Source: Bacteroidales bacterium
GTDB taxonomy: Bacteria; Bacteroidota; Bacteroidia; Bacteroidales; FEN-979
Direction: 5' to 3'
DNA: 64,000 nt
Assembly (NCBI GenBank): GCA_030681475.1
Contig: JAUXWT010000035.1
Span: 4,428 to 68,427 of the forward strand
Of the stretch, positions 9,206 to 19,020 are shown in pieces; within the stretch, counting starts at the first letter, position 1, and the number at the start of each line of letters is the position of its first letter. Below the pieces are notes generated by a model. It saw only the letters and a program-made list of their open reading frames with translations, was not told the origin of the DNA and ran no database searches. A program made the translations under genes and the position numbers.

Positions 9206-10543
9206 ATGAAAAAAATCATTTACATCATTCCGTTTTTGGCTACTGTCCTGATCACGAACGTTACAGGACAAGTAGCGTTGACATTGACCTTTACCGGTAA
9301 TAACAACAATGTATATAAACAACTGTCCGGTGTTAAAGTAAAGAATCTCACAAAAGGTGTGGATACAATTTTAAATTTTCCGGATACTGTACTTGTGTTA
9401 AATGTTGCCGGTGTCAATGCGGAGAGGCATTTTCTCCATGGGTTCAGCGTAATTCAGAACTACCCGAATCCTGTTTACGACCAAACCAGGTTTAAAATAT
9501 CTATTCCTGAAAGAGACAATGTGCATATAACTGTTACTGATATCCTTGGGCAAGAACTCATTCACTCTGAAAAAATATTGGGGCAGGGGGTTCATTCGTT
9601 TTTGTTTATGCCGGCAGCGGGGGGTAAGATTTTTCTGGTCAACATCAGCTGGAAGGGCGAGACCAGAACGATCAAAGTGCTAAACGAGGGTCAGGGCCGT
9701 ATTGGACAATGCATTTTAGAATACCAGGGATGGGAAAATATGGTAAGCCAGATAAAAAGTGTTCCTGCATTGCCGGGATTCTGGTTCAGCCTGGGCGATG
9801 AGTTAATGCTTATCGGCTATACGGATGATCTTGAATCGGGGTTTGCCGATACTCCTCTGGCAGATAAGGATTATGTGTTCCAGCTTGCCACGAACGTACC
9901 TTGCCCCGGGATTCCGACAGTGACTTATGAAGGCCAGACATACAATACTATCCAGGTATTCAGCCAATGCTGGCTCAAGGAAAATTTAAATGTCGGCATA
10001 AAGATTAATGCCCCGCAAAGCCAGCTTGACAATAACATTATCGAAAAGTATTGTTTAGTTAATGATCCGGCTGAATGTGCACGTTATGGCGGCTTGTATA
10101 TGTGGGAAGAATTGATGCAATATACCATGGAAGAGGGTACACAGGGAATATGTCCGCCGGGATGGCATGTGCCTTCTGACGTTGATTGGCAGGTTCTTGA
10201 AGGAGCCGTTGACAGCGGGTACGGTATCGGTGATCCGATATGGACAATGACAGGTGAAAGAGGAATGGATGTTGGGAGCAATTTAAAATCGACCAGCGGG
10301 TGGTATAGTGGTGGCAACGGAATCGATCTTTTTGGTATGACAGTTATTTCCGGCGGTTATTACTATGTCGGTGGCGGATGGGCAGGAGGATCGTTGTTCG
10401 CGACATTTTACACATCTTCACATACGGACACAGGTACCACAACAAAGCCCTTTTCCCGGGGTCTCTCCTGGATGTGGACCTATACCTCCAAGGATTACGA
10501 TCTTAAAGTGCACGCAAGACCTGTACGTTGCCTGTTGAATTAA
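9206..10543 (+). CDS. Secreted FISUMP (Fibrobacter succinogenes major paralogous) domain protein with an internal T9SS-CTD-like module
   Basis: Signal peptide. FISUMP pattern YGGLYMWEE...CPPGWHVPSDVDWQVLE...LKSTSGW...FYTSS...VRCL. NYPNPVYDQTRFKISIP...ITVTDILGQE at aa 85-159. Confidence 0.75.
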   Translation: MKKIIYIIPFLATVLITNVTGQVALTLTFTGNNNNVYKQLSGVKVKNLTKGVDTILNFPDTVLVLNVAGVNAERHFLHGFSVIQNYPNPVYDQTRFKISIPERDNVHITVTDILGQELIHSEKILGQGVHSFLFMPAAGGKIFLVNISWKGETRTIKVLNEGQGRIGQCILEYQGWENMVSQIKSVPALPGFWFSLGDELMLIGYTDDLESGFADTPLADKDYVFQLATNVPCPGIPTVTYEGQTYNTIQVFSQCWLKENLNVGIKINAPQSQLDNNIIEKYCLVNDPAECARYGGLYMWEELMQYTMEEGTQGICPPGWHVPSDVDWQVLEGAVDSGYGIGDPIWTMTGERGMDVGSNLKSTSGWYSGGNGIDLFGMTVISGGYYYVGGGWAGGSLFATFYTSSHTDTGTTTKPFSRGLSWMWTYTSKDYDLKVHARPVRCLLN

Positions 10544-10585
10544 TGATGCAGAACCGGGGTAAATAGTCACATCGGATAATTCTTG

Positions 10586-10593
10586 TATTTTTG
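10586..10593 (+). promoter_or_regulatory. Candidate -7 box (TATTTTTG)
   Basis: Matches TAnnTTTG, 18 nt upstream of the ATG at 10611. Confidence 0.4.
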
Positions 10594-10610
10594 CAATAAA
10601 AAAAACAAGA

Positions 10611-12350
10611 ATGAACAAGCCCTTGTCACACCTGGTCCTCCTCCTGATATTGTCATCAGCCGTTTTTCGCACTTATGCCTGCACCAACCTCATCGTAACC
10701 AAAGGCGCCAGCAAGGATGGCTCGGTGATGATCACCTATGCCGCCGATTCACATGTTCGATACGGGGCGATCGCCTTCTTTCCTGCCGCTGATCACCAAC
10801 CCGGCGACAGGTGCGCGGTTTATCATTATGAGAACGGAAGTTTCCTGGGCATTATTCCCGAGGTGGCACATACATACTCGGTGGTGCAATTCATGAATGA
10901 GCACCAGGTGTCTATCGGCGAGACGACATTTGGCGGCCTGGACTCTCTGGCAAGCCAGCCCGGATCCTTTCTTGATTATGGCTCCCTGATGAAGATCGGC
11001 CTCCAAAGATCAAAAACAGCCAGGGAGATGATCAGGGTCATCACCGGACTGGTCGAACAGTATGGCTATGCATCAGGCGGAGAATCATTTTCAATCTCAG
11101 ATGCCAATGAAGCCTGGATCATGGAGATCATCGGGAAGGGAAAGTATGAAAAAGGCGCTGTATGGGTTGCCCGGTTGATCCCTGACGGCTATGTGAGCGG
11201 CCACGCCAACCAAGCCAGGATCACAACGTTCCCCTTTCAGAAAACCAACGACTGGAATAACCTGAAGCAAACGGTGTATCACGCGCCTGATGTGATCAGT
11301 TTCGCAAAGAGCCATGCCTTTTACAAGGGCAATGATGCCGATTTCAGTTTTTCGGATGTTTATAATCCGTTGAATTTCGGTGGCGCCCGTTTCTGCGATG
11401 CCCGCGTGTGGTCATTTTTCAGGAAAGTAAATAAATCGATCCGCGATAATCCTGAATATACCCGTTATGCACAAGGACAGTTTTTGCATCATTCACGGTT
11501 CAGTTATGAAGGAGCAAACCCGAATGGTTATGTCTCCAACCGGTTGCCCTTGTGGGTGAAACCGGATTCACCGGTGACCCTTCAGGATGTCATGGCCATG
11601 ATGCGCGATCATTTCGAGGATACTCCGCTTGATATGAGGCATGACCTGGGCGCCGGGCCTTTTCACTTGCCCTATCGCTGGCGTCCGCTGGAATTTACCG
11701 TGGACAGTGTATTGTATCTTAATGAAAGGGCCATTGCCACCCAGCAGACCGGGTATAGTTTTGTTGCACAATCGCGAAACTGGTTACCCGACCCGGTTGG
11801 CGGTATCTATTGGTTTGGTGTGGATGATGCCGATGGATGCGTTTATGCACCGATGTATTGCGGCATCCGGGAAATTCCCCAAAGTTATGCTGCCGGGAAC
11901 GGTTCGATGATCGCCTGGTCGCAGAATTCAGCTTTCTGGACTTTCAGCCAGGTCAATAATTGGACCTACACGCGTTATGATCTGATCCATCCTGAGATAG
12001 AAAAATACCAGTCAGAATTGGAAAACCGGCTGATCAGGGAAACAGAGATCGTGGATGCCAAAGCGTCTGTACTTTACAAGGAAAATCCTTCACGGGGATA
12101 CGATTATATTACAGATTATTCGGTGTTTACCGGGAACCTGCTCGTTAACAAATGGAATGACTTTTACCATTACCTCTTTATGAAATACATCGATGGCAAT
12201 GTGAAGCAAACCGACGGATTTCAGTTACGCGACAATGGCCATGACAAAGGAGTCCCGAAAAAGCCGGCTCAACCCGGATATGGGAAGGAGTGGGAGCGAA
12301 GGATGATCGAAAATACAGGTGAGCGGTTCAAAGTCCCCGAAACCAAATAA
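10611..12350 (+). CDS. Peptidase family C69 dipeptidase
   Basis: Signal peptide followed directly by the nucleophile context YACTNLIVTKGASKDGS. Size (579 aa) and EAWIMEI motif fit C69. Confidence 0.75.
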   Translation: MNKPLSHLVLLLILSSAVFRTYACTNLIVTKGASKDGSVMITYAADSHVRYGAIAFFPAADHQPGDRCAVYHYENGSFLGIIPEVAHTYSVVQFMNEHQVSIGETTFGGLDSLASQPGSFLDYGSLMKIGLQRSKTAREMIRVITGLVEQYGYASGGESFSISDANEAWIMEIIGKGKYEKGAVWVARLIPDGYVSGHANQARITTFPFQKTNDWNNLKQTVYHAPDVISFAKSHAFYKGNDADFSFSDVYNPLNFGGARFCDARVWSFFRKVNKSIRDNPEYTRYAQGQFLHHSRFSYEGANPNGYVSNRLPLWVKPDSPVTLQDVMAMMRDHFEDTPLDMRHDLGAGPFHLPYRWRPLEFTVDSVLYLNERAIATQQTGYSFVAQSRNWLPDPVGGIYWFGVDDADGCVYAPMYCGIREIPQSYAAGNGSMIAWSQNSAFWTFSQVNNWTYTRYDLIHPEIEKYQSELENRLIRETEIVDAKASVLYKENPSRGYDYITDYSVFTGNLLVNKWNDFYHYLFMKYIDGNVKQTDGFQLRDNGHDKGVPKKPAQPGYGKEWERRMIENTGERFKVPETK

Positions 12351-12354
12351 TTGC

Positions 12355-12362
12355 TAACTTTG
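12355..12362 (+). promoter_or_regulatory. Candidate -7 box (TAACTTTG)
   Basis: Matches TAnnTTTG, 33 nt upstream of the TTG start at 12395. Confidence 0.35.
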
Positions 12363-12394
12363 CGCTCATTCTTTTTTTACCAAAAATTTTTATT

Positions 12395-13477
12395 TTGACC
12401 AAGAGACCAAACGTAATCGTGGGTTTGAGTGGAGGCGTTGATTCTTCGGTTGCCGCATACCTTTTAAAGGAGCAAGGCTATGAAGTGATTGGTGTCACCA
12501 TGGCGATCTGGGACGGACAATATAAATCAACGGGAAAACATGCCTGTTATGGCTCCGACGAGGAGGAGGAGATCCATGAAGCCCGCGAAGTGGCTAAAAA
12601 GCTGGATATTCCTTATCATGTGTTCAACTGCTCCGCTGAATACAAACAAGCCGTGCTTGATTATTTTAAGTCGGAATACCTGGCCGGACGTACCCCTAAC
12701 CCATGCATACAATGCAACCAGCTCATTAAATTCGGCATGTTGCCTACCATGGCCAGGAAAGGTGGTATCGATTTTGACTTTTTCGCGACAGGGCATTACG
12801 CCAGTGTTGAGTTTAATGAGAAATATCAACGGTATGTACTTAAAAAAGCGGCTGATCTGAAAAAGGATCAAACCTATTTCATTCACAGGTTGTCGCAGGA
12901 TCAGTTGTCGCAGGCCCTGCTCCCGATCGGACGGTTCAGAAAACCTGAGATCAAGGAACTCGCACGCAAAGTGGGGATCACCATCGAAGATCTTGAAGAG
13001 AGCCAGGATTTCTACAGCGGCGATTACAAAGATCTGCTTGAAGTTGAAGATCGCCCGGGAGATATTGTGAATTCTCAGGGAACCGTGCTGGGAAAACATA
13101 ATGGAATATGGAACTATACGATCGGCCAACGTAAAGGTTTGGGCATCGCTTGGTCGGAACCGCTCTACGTGATCGGTTTGAATAAAGAGGAAAATAAGGT
13201 CATCGTGGGTGTTCGCGAGGAAACATTCAATGCGACATTTATTGTTTCAGACCTGAACTGGGTTGCACTTCCGGGATTGACCAAAACCATGGAATGTACC
13301 GCAAAGATACGTTCATCGCAACAAGATCGTGAAGCAAGGATCGAACCCATGGAAAACGGCGATGTGAAAGTCACTTTTTTTCACCCTAGCGATTCGATCA
13401 CGCCGGGGCAATCCGCTGTTTTTTATGATGACGATTTGGTGCTTGGTGGGGGGATTATTAAAGGAGTGATTGAGTGA
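12395..13477 (+). CDS. mnmA: tRNA 2-thiouridine(34) synthase
   Basis: PP-loop VGLSGGVDSS, NPCIQCN, ATGHYA and DQTYFI motifs. The start codon is TTG. The last five codons and the stop lie in a GAGTGATT repeat. Confidence 0.9.
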   Translation: MTKRPNVIVGLSGGVDSSVAAYLLKEQGYEVIGVTMAIWDGQYKSTGKHACYGSDEEEEIHEAREVAKKLDIPYHVFNCSAEYKQAVLDYFKSEYLAGRTPNPCIQCNQLIKFGMLPTMARKGGIDFDFFATGHYASVEFNEKYQRYVLKKAADLKKDQTYFIHRLSQDQLSQALLPIGRFRKPEIKELARKVGITIEDLEESQDFYSGDYKDLLEVEDRPGDIVNSQGTVLGKHNGIWNYTIGQRKGLGIAWSEPLYVIGLNKEENKVIVGVREETFNATFIVSDLNWVALPGLTKTMECTAKIRSSQQDREARIEPMENGDVKVTFFHPSDSITPGQSAVFYDDDLVLGGGIIKGVIE

Positions 13478-13479
13478 TT
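13464..13479 (+). repeat. GAGTGATT x2 (same unit as the 63.0-kb palindrome)
   Basis: Direct read. Overlaps the mnmA stop codon (TGA 13475-13477). Confidence 0.8.
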
Positions 13480-13505
13480 GGAATTAATATTGTTTATGCA
13501 TGACC

Positions 13506-13550
13506 TTGCATTGTTTGCATTGCGTGCATTGCTTACATTGTTTACATTCA
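13506..13550. repeat. Tandem 9-mer array, 5 units (TTGCATTGT-like)
   Basis: ttgcattgt ttgcattgc gtgcattgc ttacattgt ttacattca. Confidence 0.85.
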
Positions 13551-13563
13551 ATAAAATAACCTT

Positions 13564-15345
13564 ATGAAACGAATCTTCCTGTCTTTTTTGCTGCTGGTTT
13601 TTTTGACAACTCCCGGTTTTTCGCAGAAAGGGGTGATATCAGCACAAGATCTTCATGAGTATGTCCAATTCCTGGCCTCCGACTCCCTCAAGGGGCGCAA
13701 ACCTGGTACGCCTGAGATCAATGTTGCCGCGAACTACATTCTCGGTCATTTTAAGGCAGCCGGACTCAAGCCGTTGGGAGAGAATGGCTTTCAGTGGTTT
13801 GAAGTTGTTGCTGATGTGACGTTGGGCGAAAAGAATACCCTCTCATTTGATGGATTCAATGCTGATGTAACGAAAGATTTCATACCGCTTTCATTTTCAA
13901 GCAGCGCCAAAGTCAATGCACCGGTGGTATTTGCAGGATATGGATTTGATATTGACATTGACAGTCTTAAATGGAACGACTACAAAGGTGTGGACGTAAA
14001 GGGTAAATGGGTTATTATTTTCCGGGCTGATCCCGATCTGGATAATGCTGACAGTAAATTCATTCCTTACAGTGATGTCCGCAGTAAGGTGTTGACTGCC
14101 AAGGATAAAGGCGCTGCTGGTGTTTTATTGATCTCACCCAAAGGGTTTGAAAAAGAAGATAAACTGATGCCCCTGGTGGTGGAGAACAATGAGGTTACAG
14201 CCGGTATTCCTATTCTCAGCGTCACCCGCGACCTTGCAAACAAGATGCTGAAGAGGACAGGGATTACTATTGACAGTCTTGACCGTGCTATTATTGCAAT
14301 AAAGACACCGCAAAGTTTTTACACCGGTTTAACCCTGAATGGAAATACTGATGTGATTCAGCGGCGCGAGAAAACGGCAAACGTAATGGCATTACTCGAA
14401 GGCAGTGACCCGGTATTAAAAGACGAGTACCTTGTTATTGGCGGACACTATGATCATCTTGGTTTTGGCGGACCGGGTACAGGGTCACGCATGCCCGATA
14501 CAAACGCGGTTCACAACGGGGCCGATGACAATGCCTCAGGCGCTGCCATGGTTATGGCGCTGGCCAACCGGCTGGCAGCGGAAAAAGGAAAGATCAAACG
14601 AAGCATTATCTTTGTCACTTTCAGCGCAGAGGAGATTGGTTTGATCGGATCAAAGTACTTTACAACCCACCCCCCTGTTGAACTGAAAAAGATTAAAACC
14701 ATGTTCAACTTTGATATGGTTGGCCGTTTTGACAAGGAAAAAAATGCAATTTCCATTAGTGGTACCGGTACTTCTGCAGAGGCAGACTCCATCCTGAAAC
14801 CCTTGGAGGCCAACCTGTCATTTGCCGTCACTCATGCTCCCGACGGCTTTGGCCCATCAGACCATGCCGCTTTTTATTCTTCCGACATCCCTGTGTTTTA
14901 TCTCAATACCGGTGTTCATCTGGATTATCATACCCCGTTTGATGATACGGAGAAACTTGATTTCGATGCAGCTAAAGAGATTGGCGATTTTGCCACCAGC
15001 ATCATCCTGGCGGTGGATAACCTCCCGAAAGCATTGACATTTAAGGAGTCTGGGAAAAAAGAACAAGCCGGTCGCTCTGGTCGGCGATTAAAAGTGACCC
15101 TCGGAATCATGCCCGATTTTGCCGGCACTGAAAAAAAAGGGTTACGCATCGACGGCGTTACCAAAGAGGGACCAGCCGATAAAGGGGGAATGAAAAAAGG
15201 GGATATCATCACCGGTATTAATGGCATGGTCGTGGGTAATATTTATGAATACATGGCGCGCTTGCAGAAACTGAAGCATGGCATGACTGTGAATGTTGAG
15301 GTGATTCGTGAAGGGAAGAATGAAGTGTTGGTCATACAACTTTAA
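13564..15345 (+). CDS. M28-family aminopeptidase with PA domain and C-terminal PDZ domain
   Basis: Signal peptide. GGHYDHLG, HNGADDNASGAA, SAEEIGLIGS, NFDMVG. C-terminal PDZ-like GLRIDGV...GMKKGDIITGINGM. Confidence 0.8.
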   Translation: MKRIFLSFLLLVFLTTPGFSQKGVISAQDLHEYVQFLASDSLKGRKPGTPEINVAANYILGHFKAAGLKPLGENGFQWFEVVADVTLGEKNTLSFDGFNADVTKDFIPLSFSSSAKVNAPVVFAGYGFDIDIDSLKWNDYKGVDVKGKWVIIFRADPDLDNADSKFIPYSDVRSKVLTAKDKGAAGVLLISPKGFEKEDKLMPLVVENNEVTAGIPILSVTRDLANKMLKRTGITIDSLDRAIIAIKTPQSFYTGLTLNGNTDVIQRREKTANVMALLEGSDPVLKDEYLVIGGHYDHLGFGGPGTGSRMPDTNAVHNGADDNASGAAMVMALANRLAAEKGKIKRSIIFVTFSAEEIGLIGSKYFTTHPPVELKKIKTMFNFDMVGRFDKEKNAISISGTGTSAEADSILKPLEANLSFAVTHAPDGFGPSDHAAFYSSDIPVFYLNTGVHLDYHTPFDDTEKLDFDAAKEIGDFATSIILAVDNLPKALTFKESGKKEQAGRSGRRLKVTLGIMPDFAGTEKKGLRIDGVTKEGPADKGGMKKGDIITGINGMVVGNIYEYMARLQKLKHGMTVNVEVIREGKNEVLVIQL

Positions 15346-15347
15346 AA

Positions 15348-15389
15348 CATGACGCGTAACGTGTGACATGTGCTGCGGGATGCGTGAAA
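15348..15389 (+). repeat. Tandem 7-mer array, 6 degenerate units (CATGACG/CGTAACG/TGTGACA...)
   Basis: Begins 3 nt after the stop at 15343-15345. Related to the array at 751-778. Confidence 0.75.
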
Positions 15390-15411
15390 AATAAAACGAC
15401 AATCTTTTTCT

Positions 15412-15813
15412 ATGCTGCTTCAGTCTTTTTTTACCGAGGCCTTTTTACTTAAGTTCATCAAGTTTTGCCTGGTAGGGTTTTCAGGTGTTTTTGTCGATTT
15501 CGGTACAACGGCTGTTTGCAAAGAGATCCTGAAAATTCAAAAATATGTGGCCAATACCTTTGGCTTTATACTTGCTGCAACAACCAACTATTTTTTAAAC
15601 CGGATATGGACCTTTCAAAGTACGAATCCTAACATCGTGCTTGAATTCACCCGCTTTTTTTTTATTGCCCTGATCGGCCTGGTCATCAATCTGTTGATCA
15701 TCTGGGCCATGACAGGAAGGTTCAAAGTGAATTTTTATGTTTCGAAAGTTGTGGCAACCATGGTGGTGACCCTGTGGAATTTCCTGATCAACGCGTATTA
15801 TACATTCGCATAA
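15412..15813 (+). CDS. GtrA-family membrane protein
   Basis: 133 aa with 4 predicted TM helices. KFCLVGFSGVFVDFG and NRIWTF motifs. Confidence 0.7.
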   Translation: MLLQSFFTEAFLLKFIKFCLVGFSGVFVDFGTTAVCKEILKIQKYVANTFGFILAATTNYFLNRIWTFQSTNPNIVLEFTRFFFIALIGLVINLLIIWAMTGRFKVNFYVSKVVATMVVTLWNFLINAYYTFA

Positions 15814-15854
15814 GTCAGAACCTTCGCTTGATTAACCAAAACCTGTGAGGGTAT

Positions 15855-16751
15855 TTATTTTCTTTCCGCCCCAGGCATCGAGGAAGGAATTACGATGATG
15901 AAATCCGCTTTTGCAGCATCCTTCTTTGAAATCGTGTCAATGTTTTCCTGCTCCAGACAGCTAATTGTCAATATTTTAAGATCAAAGCTGGTCTTCCGGA
16001 TCGCTTGCTTTACATACCAAACCATGCTCTCATAGTTGTCGCTGTGGTAGGCCCCGTTGAAATGAAGCATGGTTTTTCCCTCCAAAGCGCCGTTTTTCAT
16101 CAGGAAATGAGCCATGGTTGCGTCTTTAATTGCCTGGGCTTTGCCTATGTTTGTTGTCATGTGGGCAGGCATCCCGTCTCCGATGTTTTTAACAATACTT
16201 GCATAACATTCCAGCGTATCGGGATATTTTATCGGCAGCGGTGCGATCATGCCACGCTCCACGGCATTGATACTGTCCAGTCCTTCAAAACCCTTTATAT
16301 TCACCAGCGCAGCAAAGCGCCGTGGTATGTTTGTCGCAATTAATTTTATTCCTTTCTCGCGGGCAAAATCGACAATAGAAGCGTAATCGGTTTTATAGTT
16401 TGGCCAGAGTTTTGCCTCCGCCTCAAAGTCCTTTTTGCGAATCATTTTTGAAAGGTACTCATTGATCAGCAGTTGATTGTCAACTTCAAACATTTCAGCG
16501 CCAAGCACAAGGTTGTTGCCTTTTTCTGCAAACAGGTCTCTGGTGAGTTCAAATTCCAGCCAGTGAACAACAGGGTTTTTATGAAGCTCTCCAAAGAAAA
16601 TAATATCCGATTTTTTAGCAGCTTTAAAGAGCGCGTCATAATCGACGGTATTTCCTTTGGCATTGAAGATCTTGTATGCCGGCTTATCTCCTTTCATTGA
16701 CATAAGAGGAATCAGGAGCAGGAGCAGAAAGCTGGAATAAGGGATTTTCAT
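15855..16751 (-). CDS. ChaN-family (haem-binding/Tiki-like) lipoprotein
   Basis: Signal peptide. DIIFFGELHKNPVVHWLEF motif typical of ChaN/DUF399. Confidence 0.55.
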   Translation of the reverse strand: MKIPYSSFLLLLLIPLMSMKGDKPAYKIFNAKGNTVDYDALFKAAKKSDIIFFGELHKNPVVHWLEFELTRDLFAEKGNNLVLGAEMFEVDNQLLINEYLSKMIRKKDFEAEAKLWPNYKTDYASIVDFAREKGIKLIATNIPRRFAALVNIKGFEGLDSINAVERGMIAPLPIKYPDTLECYASIVKNIGDGMPAHMTTNIGKAQAIKDATMAHFLMKNGALEGKTMLHFNGAYHSDNYESMVWYVKQAIRKTSFDLKILTISCLEQENIDTISKKDAAKADFIIVIPSSMPGAERK

Positions 16752-16789
16752 AGTGGTTTCTTTACGGTTAAGATTGAATAAAAATTGAG

Positions 16790-17278
16790 TTATTTCGCAA
16801 GTCCTTTCTCATGAAAGGCCAATGGCAGCAGGTTTCCCATCCCATGAAATACAAATACCTTTCCGGTTTTTCCACCCAGGATGATGCGTATTTTGTTGTT
16901 GAACTTCATCTCAAATTCCACGATGGCCTGCCGGCAGATTCCACAGGGAGGAACCGGTTCGGAAACTTCAAAATCATCGGAAACTGCACTGATAGCAATG
17001 GCGTCAACCGGAACTCCCGGAAAATTTGCCATGGCAGCAAACACAGCTACTCTTTCGGCGCAAAGTCCGGCCGGAAACGACATGTTTTCCTGATTGCTGC
17101 CGGTGACGATCTGGCCGTTTGCAAGTTTCACTGCTGCCCCAACGTGGTAATGTGAATATGGAGCATAAGAGCCGGCAATGGCCTCTTTGGCTTTTTCGAG
17201 TAATTCCTGGTCGGATACGGGTAATTCAAGGTGCGAATCAAAAATCTGGTAGTCGAAGGAGTGTGTGATTTGTTTCAT
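16790..17278 (-). CDS. cdd: Cytidine deaminase
   Basis: Zinc motifs CAERVAVF and PCGICRQ. 162 aa. Confidence 0.85.
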   Translation of the reverse strand: MKQITHSFDYQIFDSHLELPVSDQELLEKAKEAIAGSYAPYSHYHVGAAVKLANGQIVTGSNQENMSFPAGLCAERVAVFAAMANFPGVPVDAIAISAVSDDFEVSEPVPPCGICRQAIVEFEMKFNNKIRIILGGKTGKVFVFHGMGNLLPLAFHEKGLAK

Positions 17279-17287
17279 ATTTTGGTT

Positions 17288-19009
17288 TTATTCAACTGGG
17301 CTTTCTTCGTCATCCTCAACCTTCTCAGGGATTTCCGGCTTTGGCTGCACATATTTTCCGGCAAGGATAGCTGAGTATTTTTCAGTGTCGTTGATCGTTG
17401 CGATCGCATCCTGAAGTTCCGGATCATGTTGCAATGCTGCTATTATTTTCCCTTTTTGGTAATAGTATCTGGTTATAATTTCCAGCTTCAGAAGCTCCTT
17501 GATCTGAGACCTGTATTTTTTTAAATCCTCCTGCTTGTCCTTCTCCATTCGGATCTTCAGATGGTCATACTCATCCTTAATGGCATCGAAGTAATTCTCT
17601 TTTAAGGCAATGTTTTTCAGGTCTTCAAGCGCCTGTTCACTTTTGGTCTTATAAGAATAGTCCTTATCCTGGATGTATTCGAGAAAACTATTATAAATTG
17701 TATCGTTGATTTCAAATTTATCGGCTTGAATGATAGAGGGATATTTACGCGCAAAGTCTGTAGCAAAATTGAAAATGAAGTATTTGCCGTAAAGAGCCAT
17801 GGCAAGATTGCTGAATTTCCTCGGTTTGGTGATCAGGTCGGGACTGATCCCCCCACCGTCATAGACTGTGCGTCCAATCTTTGTTTTAAAAGCCCTGATC
17901 AGCGAGTCAGGGACCTTGCCGAATGAGCCGTCTTTCTTTTTATGTTCATAATCGATAGCCTGGATACAGCGCCCGCTGAGGATGTAGTATTTGGCGACGG
18001 TGATCTTCATCTGGGCGTTGTAGGAAAGCGGAACGACATTTTGCACAAGACCCTTGCCGAAGGTACGTTGACCGATAATTACGGCACGATCGAGGTCCTG
18101 CAGCGAACCCGCCAGGATTTCACTGGCTGAAGCGCTTGAGCGATCTACGAGAATTACAACAGGGATATTTAAATCAACAGGCGGGTTCATGGTATAGTGT
18201 GTACGGTTTTTCGCTGCCATTTTCCCTTTTGTGCTCACGATCTCCTGACCACGTTCCACAAAAATATTGGCAATATCTACCGCTTCATTCAATAACCCCC
18301 CGCCATTACCACGTAAATCGATGATAGCTCCTTTGAGTTCAGCGCCCTCCTTCAGTTTTACAAAAGACTGTTTCAATTCCTTGGCAGCATTTTGTGTAAA
18401 TCCTGTCAGTTTGATGTATCCGATATTCTGCCCGACAATTCCGGCATAGGGAATGTTATCAATTTTAATATTTTCTCTTGTGATCGTCTTTTCAAAGGGC
18501 TTGGTTTCCCCGTCACGCTGAATCAGGACATTTACAGTGGTTCCGGCCTGCCCTTTCAGGATTGAACTTACATCTTCATATGTTTTGCCCTTGGCCTCTT
18601 TCCCGTTGACTTCCAGGATTTTATCACCTGCCTTGAGCCCTGCCTTGACAGCAGGAGAGTTTTCATAAGGCTCAGAGATGACAATGTAGTCGCCCTGCTG
18701 ATGGATGAGTGATCCGATTCCGCCATATTGTCCGGTCGTAATGAATTTATAATCCTCGATCTGTGATTCAGGAATGAAATTTGTATATGGATCAAGCGAC
18801 TCAAGCATGGCTTCGATGCCGGTTTGTGTCAACTCCCCCGGATTGATCTCATCCACATAATCCTGATTTAATTCCTTGATCACATTGGAATAGATATCAA
18901 GGTTTTTCATGATCTCAAATCCCTGCTGGTTTGGCGCCTGCGCCATCACTCCCGCTCCAACCGATCCACAAATAAATATCAGTAATATAAATCCCTTAAT
19001 TTTTTTCAT
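17288..19009 (-). CDS. S41-family C-terminal processing peptidase
   Basis: Signal peptide. PDZ (PAVKAGLKAGDKILEVNG). DLRGNGGG, SASASEILAG and TFGKGLVQ catalytic-region motifs. Confidence 0.85.
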   Translation of the reverse strand: MKKIKGFILLIFICGSVGAGVMAQAPNQQGFEIMKNLDIYSNVIKELNQDYVDEINPGELTQTGIEAMLESLDPYTNFIPESQIEDYKFITTGQYGGIGSLIHQQGDYIVISEPYENSPAVKAGLKAGDKILEVNGKEAKGKTYEDVSSILKGQAGTTVNVLIQRDGETKPFEKTITRENIKIDNIPYAGIVGQNIGYIKLTGFTQNAAKELKQSFVKLKEGAELKGAIIDLRGNGGGLLNEAVDIANIFVERGQEIVSTKGKMAAKNRTHYTMNPPVDLNIPVVILVDRSSASASEILAGSLQDLDRAVIIGQRTFGKGLVQNVVPLSYNAQMKITVAKYYILSGRCIQAIDYEHKKKDGSFGKVPDSLIRAFKTKIGRTVYDGGGISPDLITKPRKFSNLAMALYGKYFIFNFATDFARKYPSIIQADKFEINDTIYNSFLEYIQDKDYSYKTKSEQALEDLKNIALKENYFDAIKDEYDHLKIRMEKDKQEDLKKYRSQIKELLKLEIITRYYYQKGKIIAALQHDPELQDAIATINDTEKYSAILAGKYVQPKPEIPEKVEDDEESPVE

Positions 19010-19020
19010 CCTTCTCTATT

